From the NCBI GenBank assembly GCA_900088475.1, contig FLMG01004575.1, positions 7,683 through 71,682 of the forward strand: DNA of 64,000 bases. The letters are read 5' to 3'. This stretch comes from Hyphochytrium catenoides. Taxonomy: Eukaryota > Protista > Hyphochytriomycota. Of this stretch, positions 12,701 through 23,560 are shown in pieces. The position numbers were made by a program, and so were the translations under genes. Position 1 is the stretch's first letter; each line of letters starts with the position of its first letter. A model generated the notes under the pieces. It saw nothing but the letters and a program-made list of their open reading frames with translations, searched no databases and was not told where the DNA came from.

Positions 12701-14699
12701 TGCTTTATGCTAACCAGACCGCTATACCTATAATGATGGTAGGCCGCGGCGAGGGTCTGGCGTGAAGGACAGACCAAGCGATGCTACGTTTACCGCTTTG
12801 TTACTACGGGTATGGTTCTGCGCACCTTGGCCACAGTTAAGTAAAGTGTACTAACTGCAGATTGAGGGACCATTGAGGAGAAAATTTTTCAGAGGCAACT
12901 CAGCAAGGAAGGACTTCAAAACATTGTGAACGATAAAGAAGATATGAATACAATGTCATCCAAAGATCTTAAGGTAATGGCTCTCTAAAAGTTGTCACCG
13001 CTTTTATTTTTCTTCAACCTTCCCTGCAGCTCAAGATCTAAGGCTTCTGTAAAGCACTGCCCCTAGTCATCCTGAAAGTGTGCAGGTTATAGATCTGGTG
13101 CACTGGGCGTTGACCACACTGGTTGTCTGGTTCTCACAGTGCGTCCTTCAACATTTCAAAATTCTAGAATCTCTTTAAGTATCGGGACGCTGTCTTCTCG
13201 GACACTCATGATAAGATAAAATGCAAGCGATGTCCGTGGCCTCTATACCATCAGGAGGAGGTGGAGGAGATAGAGCCACCCATATCGCTGCCTAGCCCTA
13301 TCGTTGCTCTTGAGAAGTGCCGGAGGGTCCTGGACACTATCCTCGACCACAAGCTCTGCTCACTCTTTGAAACAGGTATGCCTCTCATGGCCATGTCTTC
13401 TTCCTGGAAGTCTTCGTGAGTTTCCTATCTCCTTCACCCACTACCGTGCTAATTCAATAGCGTTTGCTTACAGCTCCGCTGGACTTAGACGATATTGAGG
13501 AATATACTAGGATCATTCAGAAGCCCATGGACATTGCCACTGTACAGCAAAACCTTGTTTCTGAGACTTACAAGCGGGCAGGAGAATTTTTGCGGGATAT
13601 GCGACTAGTTTTCTCAAATGCCTTAGCATTTTATCATCCGCAACAAAGAATGCACAGAGACGCACTAAAGCTTACAAAGGTCTTTGAAAAGGCCTTCTCC
13701 AAGCTCGTGGGGAAGCCGAAGGATTATGAGAACGATTTTGAGATGGAAGAGAATGTGACACCAGCAAAAGCGGGTAGGTCTAGTCGGGGTCAAAAGTTCG
13801 CTTAGCTCCCCCAAGTGTCCGCGTACAGCTGGCCTCACAGTTCCCACTTTCATATCATTTTCTTTAGGCCTTGTTAGTTCCAATCCTGACTTCCCTTACC
13901 TCGCATCGCCAGGCTCTCCCGGCAGGGCGCAATGTAGTCCAGAGGTGCAGGACGGTAGTCCGTCTCTGGCCTCCTCTGACACGAGTGACCTCTGCTTGTC
14001 ACTCAGCGCACTTCGAATAAAGTATAAGGGCCAGTCTTCGTCCCAAATTGGGTAAGCAGGGAAATATCTTACAAATCTAAGCCCCATTTGCTTCCCGGTC
14101 TGCGTCAGAACTGATCAGCAGCGCCATGCAGGCTCCCCTCTGAGGATGACCTAAACAGCTGGGGTCATCACATATCTTATGACACTGTCGACGACGAGGT
14201 TATGCGCGCTGCATGCGAAAGTAGCGATCTGGTATGTTTTTTGGCCTCTTCTCTGCATAATCAGTCAGCTTTCTAACTGAGAGCAACAAACTTCAGGTGT
14301 CTTTTATCTTTACCTGTGAAATTGATTACGACATTATGATGAAGCACGCTGAGAAAGAGGCGAACGAACAAAAAGATAAGTCTTCGTCAACCAATTCTAG
14401 CACAGACTCCCCTATATTACCCGATGCGGAAGAGGTTCAAGAAGAGCTAAGCTCTACACGAACTGGTAAGTCTCCATTCACGGGCATCTCTTGCACTTCA
14501 GGTCAACATCAATGTGTTCTCTTCAGAGGAAGACAGCCCAGACAAAGGCAGCAAGATGATGAGTCCTGTACCTATGCGAACCGGCCTGTCCTACCTTAGT
14601 GCGGACAGCTCGCCCCAGAAGCGCAGTGCTGAGGAGGAAGAGCAAGCATTTGACGAGAAAGAGAATTACAGCGGCAATAGGCCAGTAAAGAAGGTATGA
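9767..14699 (+). CDS. RAD54: RAD54 SNF2-family DNA translocase with an inserted bromodomain (multi-exon)
   Basis: Motifs [119 protein letters not shown], and C-terminal [12 protein letters not shown]...DDLNSWGHH...VSFIF. Start and last exon approximate. Confidence 0.9.
12355..12412 (+). repeat. Tandem 29-bp duplication inside a RAD54 intron
   Basis: cttagcaacgggttgaattctcatttatc followed by cttagcaacgggtttaattctcatttgtc (2 mismatches). Confidence 0.9.
13305..13700 (+). other. Bromodomain-coding segment within RAD54 (split by one intron)
   Basis: [98 protein letters not shown] fits the bromodomain pattern Y..I..PMD..T...L....Y.....F..D..L.F.NA. Confidence 0.85.
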
Positions 14700-15263
14700 A
14701 GAATGAACTCGACAGCACCAGTGACCGACATCTCATGCGTGATGGGATCCCTACCCTGCACTTTGGACCCTCCTTTGCTCTGATGACAGACCAAGACCCT
14801 CCAGCAGGACTCAATTTGCATGAGCACTCCGAAGCTCAGCAGCAAACATGGGCGCCTCCCTGCTGGGTAGCTCTGTTCCGCTTCCTCCTCACACTTTGTC
14901 TGCTTCCTTGCAGTTGTGTACGATTTGATCTTCATCTATTTATTATAACGCTTGTATTAAAAGTATCTAGCAGATATTGTTTTTCGTACATGTTCTGCCT
15001 TCCGACTTCTCTCGTACATTAAGGTGCTTGGTACTGGCGTCTCCACCCCAACTTGGAGAGAATCGATAGCTCTTTCATAAGCCTAGAGATGCTCGTTTAG
15101 GCCTCTCCTTCAATATCACTTCGGTCCGATTGTCCCGTCCTCTCTAACCAACTCGCGGTTCAAAACCAAAGTCTGGTGGTTGACTGTGATACTGTGATGT
15201 TGAACCACCTTTCAGGTCGCCGTCCTTCTCCTCGGCGGCAAAAAGCTCACTTTTCGTGAAGAC

Positions 15264-17641
15264 TTAGCCTTCTCGACGGATGCTGTCATATCTTTTCAAA
15301 GGCCTTGGGAAGACGCTGTGCTTATACTTGCCATCAACAAATCGCTGATAAATGAAGATATGGAGGGGCCGCATTGTCTCCGGTGCCGTTGCGTAGATAT
15401 GTCCAATTAATGCGAGAGAGAGGGAGAAAAGAGCCAGCTAACCAAGCCCGAGAAAACAACCCATCGCCATAGAGGTATAAGAGCAGAACCCGAAAGGCGA
15501 GAGAGGCAGAACGAGGAAAGCATGAGCTCCATTTTGCAAATCAATCACATCTGTACATTTACCTCTGGATGCGGCAGGAGTGATCTCACTCCCTTACTCT
15601 TCAGTTGCCCCACCGCCGTGTGGAAAGCTTGAGCTAAGAGGTACAGACAGAGCTCAGCCCGACGGCTGCTCTTTTCAACGGTAATAGAAGCGCCACCAAG
15701 CAACCCTGCCAAGGTTCTGAAATGCAAAGAGTCAACTTCAATACTGGAGAAGCAGGAATTATCACATATCAAAGTGCAAAATTGATGCATGGGAACATCT
15801 ATAGGCTAAGCTACCGGCAGCCAAAGTACTTACACTGTTGCAGGAGTCCGCCGTCCACCCCGGAACAGAAGCAATAAAGCGCACCTACGTAGGGAGAAAA
15901 GGGGAGCGACATTTATCTCAAAGCGGACGTGATGGAAGCAGCTCGAGTCGATCTGTTGAGAGAAGGTAGCCCTTATATATATATAAAGAGAGAAAAGGAC
16001 AGTTGATGGGAAGGAAGAAGCTCTAAAAGGCTGTCGATGAGTACCATGATATGCCCGTCAGCAATCCCAGAAATAATGACGATCTGGCCACACCCAAGCT
16101 TGCGCGATAAATAACTTTCCTGGGTGTTGCAGGGTTAAGAGCCAAGGCGTGTGAGCTATGGAACAGGTTAGGGTTTCATGTGAAGCCCGTGCTTACGTGG
16201 GTGAGGTGAGAAATGCCTTCGGACTTAGCATCACTAGCGGGAGAAGATAAACAGGATAGTAGAGCCGAGCCGCCCTCTGATAGCCGCGGAACGTCTCTCT
16301 ACGGATGGGGAGTTTGTGCAGCTTAGACCAAGGCGTTGGCCGCCGAGATAAGTAAGAAGTCGGAGATCACTCACTTGAGGAAAAAGGATAAAAGAGGTTG
16401 CGCAGAAGGGTTTAGGGTCTGCAGTAAGTCATGTCCTCCAAGAGCTGAACACGAATTAGATATTGATCCGCTGAGGCCCCCCGTGCGCTTCGACTCTAGG
16501 GTAGCGCGGATGGCACTAATAGCAGCTGGCTTTCCGGTCTGCTCAACATTGTGAGGCAAACTCGAAGGTGTCCCTGGGTATGTTGTCTTCCTTCTCCCCA
16601 ATCATGATCTTTCTCTCTTCTTTTCTTTCACTTTGATCTTCCCCGTCCACAGCGGCATACGATCCGCCTTTGATCTCTTCTCCCATGGGTCATGTCGTCA
16701 TGTCACACCGACGCCGCTTGCTATCTACCCCTAAGCTGACCTGAATAGCCATAAACCTGCGGTAACCTGCTGGGATAACTTCCGGCGATAGAGCGAAGGC
16801 TGTTAAGAGGTAAGATGTCGACGCCATGAAAAGTCCAACGTCAGCAAATGGGATCCGAAGATGGGTGTGCTTCTTGAGAATATAAGAGGAGAGAACCTGT
16901 ATCAAGAAGGGAAAAGAGCGAGAGGAGAAGAGAGGTGCTGCATGAGGGCACTTACAGAGACGGAAGCGTTTGGTAGAAGTGCTCACCTCTAAGGCTCTCA
17001 CAAAGACAAAGAGAGTTACAGGCACCCGCTTGGAGGGAGATAGCATCAGCAAGGAGGCGCTGCTCACTAGCCCTAGTGGTGTAAGAGAGCCAACATGCCG
17101 ACTTGAGGTCCGAGAAGAATACCGACGTAGAACCGATCTACCTACCAGCTATTGCCCCACGTAGCGGATAGAGCAGTTTATCATTGACCCTCAGTAGGTA
17201 CATCATCCCATTGAACGTAGAGAGAAAGACGGCAAAGGACATCTGCACAGATGCACAAACCCAAAATAGCATAGAAGTGGGGAGAGATGATGGGACGACA
17301 AGGGAAGGGGATTATTACTCTGCCTTGACCAGTGCCTATGAGGCAACCAACGGCTTACCCCGTGTTCTAATGGCTTCTTTCCTAGCACCGCCGCCATCAG
17401 GCGTGCCTTGAAGCTCTGGTCAACTACCCTGACAACAGCAAAACAGATAATCCAAAGTCAGACTATGAACTACTAAGCGCTGAAAGCAAGTGAAAGCTGT
17501 TCTATTTCAACTACCTTACCGCAATAGACCGTCAACAAAGACGACGTTGAGACGCTTCAGAATGAGAGGAAGGACGTCTAGGACTATCTGGCCCGTCCAG
17601 ACGAACGCAAAACCCTGCAGCAGCTTTCCGTTAACTTCCAT
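15264..17641 (-). CDS. TMEM135-like multi-pass membrane protein
   Basis: Spliced hydrophobic exons. FRGYQRAARLYYPVYLLPL and LAGLLGGASITVEKSSRRAELCLYLLAQA match the TMEM135 E..SRR.EL.LY signature. Start MEVNGKLL, end RYDSIRREG*. Confidence 0.7.
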
Positions 17642-17817
17642 GACGGAATGAATGCAAGAGTTGGATGACTAGGAAACAGACGTAGAAAGCAAAAGCTGTT
17701 AGAATGAAAGACGGGGTTGGAGTTCTTAACCTTGACAAAGCTTCTGAGCACACATTCAGGCAGTCCAAAGCGGTAGGAGTATAGAGCCCTTCACAAAAGC
17801 TTTTTTGAGTGAGGGTA

Positions 17818-19150
17818 TCAACACAGGGAGGCGTGTTCGTTCTCTCGGTCAGGCCACGGTACGCGCTTCTCCATCGCACAGCGTCCCTCCTTCCCTACTC
17901 TGCCACCTTTTCGCTTTGCCCCGTTGTCCAGACTTTGCTCTCCCTCAAAGTGGCGTTTTGGCCTTCTCCTGGTATACGAACTCGACTTCCCAAAAATATA
18001 CGCCAAGTAACCCTTCTGGACTCACTTTCGTTGGTGGGCTTTCCGTTGGCCTGTCTCTATGACTGACGGACCCGGCGGAATCTGCGTTGGAAGGTTCTCC
18101 GAGGTATACAGCTCCTTCAAGTGATGTCTGCCGTCATACTCTTGGAGCTGCTCGTCATCCTGGTTTGCGCGGTAGAGTTGGTCCTCCGAGGGTGACGCAG
18201 TGAGTCGTGAAAGCTGGTCTAGATGTGACTCCACGCGAGAGAGCACGCTGACCTAGCAACATTTGGATGCGTGAAGAGGTGAACTTTGCAAGCTTCGATA
18301 AAAGGTGAGACAACTCAAGGATATTTCTGGAGGATGTGAAAGGTATCGCCCCATCCTAGTTCCGGCCTTCTTCTCACCTCCATCACTTCAGTCTAAGGCG
18401 AAGGAAGCACTTCGCCCTTTGAAACCTTCTTAGAGCAAACAATCACCCCGATGAACTTGCTCCGTCACGTTTTCCTGACGTAGGGCCAGGTCTGGAGTCC
18501 CTTGGAGGTCACTGCGTGGCTGGATAATCCGAAGTGCGGAAAGAGAGAGGGGAGCAGGCAAATCACTGAGCTTCAAGGCGAAGAAAGGATCAGAACAGGA
18601 ACAGTGTGCCAAAGATCTTTAACAGCGGAAGTGGGCTAAGACAGAGTGACGTGAGGGGAGAGAGGGCTGTCTGGGAGATGGAAGAAGTAGAGAACCTGAC
18701 GTGACAGAAGGAGAGAGAGAGCATCAGAGGGAGCGGGTAACGCCAAGGATCCGTCACGAAAGGGTGTGAGGTGAGGGAAGTGAAGACATCACCTTTGGAC
18801 TTGAAGACCCATCGGCTAGTGAGACTGATGACAGCGCCGCCGACCGGACCGTAGTCACCTCCCAAGCAAGAGAAGCAAGAGTCAGGGACGGACGATTTTG
18901 AGAGAGAGAGAGGTGATAGGGAAGAGCTGACATTATCAATAGGGATGAGTGAAAGGCGTCCTCTGAGTGGCGAAGGGTGTGGCTGTTCCTAATAAGAAAA
19001 GGAGGGTAGTTGAGTGTATATACGGTGCTTGTCAGTGGTAGCAGCAGTGCCATAGAGTCCTTTTGGCCAACGTCGTGGCCCCATCGAAGTTGGGCCCAGA
19101 TATGTTGGAGTCCGCAGGCAAGGGTACCACGATGATTTATGCAAGGCCTT
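17818..19150 (-). CDS. Possible small multi-exon hypothetical gene
   Basis: Exon-like ORFs 18022-18246 and 17818-18006 join in frame across a gtgagt..cag intron. Upstream exons unresolved; no recognisable domain. Confidence 0.25.
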
Positions 19151-19340
19151 AGGAGCACGTTGTCCCGTGCGTCATATCTTCCAGCTTGTTATTCCCTGTC
19201 GACCAGAGCTTTATGATCTTTGATGTCGATGCCCGACACCTGACAATATCAGAGACTATTCAAGACTTTCTATGTCGCGCCAACTAGTCCGCGCCGCACT
19301 AGAGCAAGCATAAAACTAACGTTCGGCTTTTATTGACGGA

Positions 19341-22300
19341 CTATATACAGGCATTCTTTGAAAAGACTTCTTCTTCCACTTCTGGCGTCAAGTCCTTGCG
19401 CGATTGTCCCTCTGACGCTCTCCAGTGGTAGTAGTTGAACTTCGGCTTGACCTGTTCCGCATCTGGAGTTTTTTCTTTCTCGGACCCGGTCTGCACGGCA
19501 AGCGTCAGGCTCCAGGCCCGACCTAGCCTTGACCGCTCCGCTGGTTCAGGGGTGGTGTGACCTAGTTGTCCAACCGCGTCTGCAAACGAGGGAGTTAGCG
19601 CACAAGAAGCCTCAAAATAAAAGCTAAACATTTGCCTATACCTGCAGATCTATCTCTGAGTCCGGGACTTGGCTCGTTATTATTGACAGGAGGAGATGGA
19701 GGTACGCTGGCGTTACTGCCACTTGAAGGTCTGGCGGTAGCCCTTGGAGCTGTTTTCGCCTTCAGAAAGCTGATGCCTGAACCCACCACTTTCCTTGACC
19801 TACAAATTCACCAACGGGAGAATTTTAGCCTTCGGGCTCAATGGCGGGCAACTCCATCTCACGAAGCGCCCATACTTCCTGGCTCTAACGGTACATGTGA
19901 GAGTGACAAAGAGAGAGTTGTAAACTTACATGAGGGCTGCTTTTCTGGCTTCGGGAATCAGTTGCGTCACCTGTGGAAGTGAGGGTCTGCGTATTCGAGA
20001 CGATATACCGGACCAGCTCGCTCGGTAACCACTGACGTCTGTCCCAAAAGCACTAGTGACCAAAGACAAAGGTTATGGCTCGGACGCCACTGATACCGAG
20101 GAAAGCACCTCTAGAGCTTTACCTACCTTTTACTATCTCCTGAGTGCCTCTGCTGGAGACAGAGACGGCATTTGCTAGGGACGTGAGCAGCCAAGACGTC
20201 CAGGCCATGTGATTCATAAGTAGAGAGAACGGAATGGCAAGCTGCAAAGCCTCCGCTGACATAGCAGACGTACTTAATTTGTTTTCTTTGAAGAAAGAGA
20301 GAGAGCTTGCCTAATTGCTTCTTCTGTGCTATCAGAGATAGTTCGGCCTCTGACGACGAGAGATCCTTCAGACACCCACTTGATGGCCAAGGGATGCCAT
20401 GATGCAGCAAAAGAATCGCTCGATAGCGGTCCTGGCAGTCTTCCACCTCTTTCACCACCTCCTCCAGCTTCTCCGGGCGCTCCCAGTATGATGGGTCAAT
20501 CGGGACCGTATTCGGTAGCCTGAAGAGATAGGAGAATAAGAAGGATGCCACCCCTGTACAGACGGATGTTGCTCCGGTCTCCTTATCCTTCTGACTCTTT
20601 CGGCTCACCTGCCCACGAACATATCATCACTGCTTCTCACGGCCCTACAGTCGAACACCAGGCATGGGCGACCACCATTGCCACTTAGCCACTCTAGAGC
20701 CTCCTCCGCGATTATTGGAAGGCAAAATGTAGGCACATCTTCCGCAGTACGAGGTTGGAAGGGTGAATCCCACTGCGTGGCGTGAGTCTTCGAGTTATAC
20801 CAATAGTGCTTCCCTGCATAGGTTTTTGACTCCACCCGCGTCCACTGCCATCGGCCGACACCTTCTTCGTTATCCTAAGAGAGGAAGTTTAAATTAAGGG
20901 CAATCTGCCAGTGCTCTACTGTTATCAACGCTCTCACCTCAGCCTCGCCGAAGCTTATACTTAAGCCTTCTCCAATCCGCGCCTACATTAACATCCGACG
21001 TACGGTAAGCTGATAGCAGTACATTGCAATGGCTGACACTTACCTCCTCCGCGAGGCGGTAGAACATGCTGGGTGTACGTTGCTTGAGGATTCTGCTCTG
21101 CCGACAGCAATAGTCCATAAATCCTTCGTTATCGAAGAGCTCTGACAGCCTGACACCCATAGTTCCTCTTATTCCGTCTCCTTGACCTTGTATCAGTTCA
21201 TCCTACACAACATTGGAAGCAGAATCGTGAGGATAAAGTGTTAGTTGCTACTGCTGTCTCTGCAGCCGTTGGCATCTCCTACCTCCAAAGCCTGGATAGC
21301 GCTTAGAGCCACAAAAGATCCAAGCTCTAGATCTTTCGTGACAAGCATTTGCTGAAAAAGGGAGAGGACAGCACTTGGGGGGATGGAGCCGGCAAAGTAA
21401 GTGCCTAACCATTCATCCGGGATGCAGTTGGGATCTGGGGCAAGGTATAAAGTCAGGCATATTTTAGCAGAGGATTAAACTTTCCTAGAGTTCCAGTCAT
21501 AACGCTTTCCGTGTCTTACCGAGTTCCCATTCTTTCCATTGATCATCCAGATGACGAGCGAGCCTCGGTGCGTGGTAGTAAAGGAGGACTCTAAAGAGCC
21601 GGCGTTTAGCCGCCAGGACATTATGTGAGGGCGTAAAGGATTCCTGTGGTACTGGTGAGGAGTAAGTATCCCAGACTCCTTCTAGAAGTCGCCAAAGCGT
21701 TGCTTAGGTACCTGGCTCGGAATGGGAAGTGTGGTTCAGGAGCGCTATAAACTTGAAGATACAGTCGAAGAGAGTGAGAAGCGGTAGGCCCAATAAGAAG
21801 AATGGGGCCACAATGTTAGCCAGGCCCGTTGGATAGTGCATTGATTTTCTTGAGCAATACAACGACAGAATCATCTCCATCTCCGCTCGGGATGACTCTC
21901 CTGCGCACAACTGAGTTAGACTATTTGGCCTTCTCCATACAAAAGGCCTTGCAATACATCTCACCGATACTGCCCGCTATGGAATGAGATGCCATCAAAC
22001 ACTCTTCATGCAAAACCTCTGCATTAGCGACTGTCGAAAGATCCTGGAAAAGCCCGGAACCGCCTTCTGCTCTCTCACTGACATCCAAAAGTACTCTCCA
22101 TACGCTAGCTCTCAGTTCCTCCGGGACATTGGTGCCCAGCCGTAAACAAAGGTCTCGAACTAAGCTAATGTCAGGCACCGGTTCGTCCACCTCCTGAGCC
22201 AGCTTCGCCTGGACCTGGTGGACCAAATGACACACATCAAAGTCATAAGTTGGTATATAATACAAAAGAGTTGAAGAGAGAAGATGAAACAAGGTACAGA

Positions 22301-22865
22301 ATCGAAGTAGAGATCAAAGGAGAGGGACAGGAGACCACCCCAGGAGATTAGACAGCCGGAGGTTGAGAAATAGCACAAAAGAGACGGAGTATGGCGATAC
22401 CTCTTTCCTCAAGCGCTGGCTCTGGTGTTTCCATCTCAACAAAGCAATCGCTCTTATCTTCTGTTTGAATATGCAGAATCTCTCATCTGTAACATTGCAG
22501 TGTGAGGAAGGGCGATGGAGGTGGTGGTAAGGGGCGTACCTTGACAGGCTGAGCCATCAGCTGGCTCAGGAGAATGTGTCGAGACGCTAGTCTCATCCTC
22601 GATCTCCCGACTTGACTGAGGAGTCCAGTCTTCTTCCGGATGATGATCACGCTTTAGAAGCCATTCCTCTTCGTTATCACTTCTCCTGTCGGACTCCACA
22701 CTCTATAGGAATATATTGAGCAACATGGCCAGAATGTTAGCAGCGCCATGAAATTGGTAGAAAGTAGTTGTCGTACACACTCACCAACGAGGCCTCTCCC
22801 CTGGGGCTAACGGAGTCCTTGGCGGACATGGCATCAAAGGAAGACGGTGGTGGCTCGTCAGCCAT
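19341..22865 (-). CDS. TBC1D23-like protein: degenerate TBC domain, WW domain and rhodanese-like domain
   Basis: TBC: VPEELRASVWRVLL, YCSRKSMHYPTGLANIVAPF, LFRVLLYYHAPRLARHLD. WW: WTRVESKTYAGKHYWYNSKTHATQWDSP. Rhodanese: LVFDCR...YVCYVSGGFAACH. AATAAA follows the stop at 19341. Confidence 0.75.
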
Positions 22866-23289
22866 AGTAGGCTAACTCACTGCCCATCGGTTCTGTCACC
22901 CTTTTCTAATAGGTCTCTACCCTATTCATTCTTGCTTATTGGGATACGTCCTTCACTTATCCTTGACGCCCAGCAGTATGAGGCGGCAATGCACACTTTA
23001 CGCAGGAGAAACAGACCTTTCTAACCGCAGAGATAGCCAATGAAGACACCGCTCTTCATCGACTGCCTCTTACCCCTGTTGAATGCCCGTATGAAGATAA
23101 TCGGATGCTATGGTGACACTGTTCTTATCTAGCGCTTGACGATGGTGGAGCTTTTTACTGAAGACGCCGGCAGCTGTTGTCTGATGCGAGTCTGCTGAGT
23201 CTTTCCTGGGCTCCTCGCAGTCCCCATGCCCATCATCATCGTGCTTGTGTCACGCTGCTGCGCTGACGTGCCTGCCGACTGGCTCCTTG

Positions 23290-23560
23290 TGTGCCCCTCC
23301 CTCCCTTTGTGCACGCACCATCATCATGTTTCTGTCTGCCTCTGCCTCTCTCTCTCCGCTCCCTCTACTAACTTTTCTCTCTCTCTTCTCTGTGTCTCCC
23401 TTCCCTTGTCTCTCTCCTCCCTCTGTCTTGCACGCCCTCTCTTTCACACGTTTCCCTCCTATCTCGAGCACTTCTTTCTGCCTTTTCTCTGTCTGTCCTG
23501 TCTTTCCTCACTCCCTCCTCTGTCTCTCGATGCTGCTCTCTGTCTCTCTCCTTCGCGGAT
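23290..23560. repeat. CT-rich low-complexity tract (degenerate microsatellite)
   Basis: Almost exclusively C/T on the + strand; the overlapping ORFs are compositional artefacts. Confidence 0.8.

Noticed and set aside
19140-19240. Apparent TAA readthrough (KALVDRE*QAGRYD) extending the TBC gene
   Set aside because: The TBC frame already stops at 19341 with AATAAA just downstream, and no homology supports the extension.
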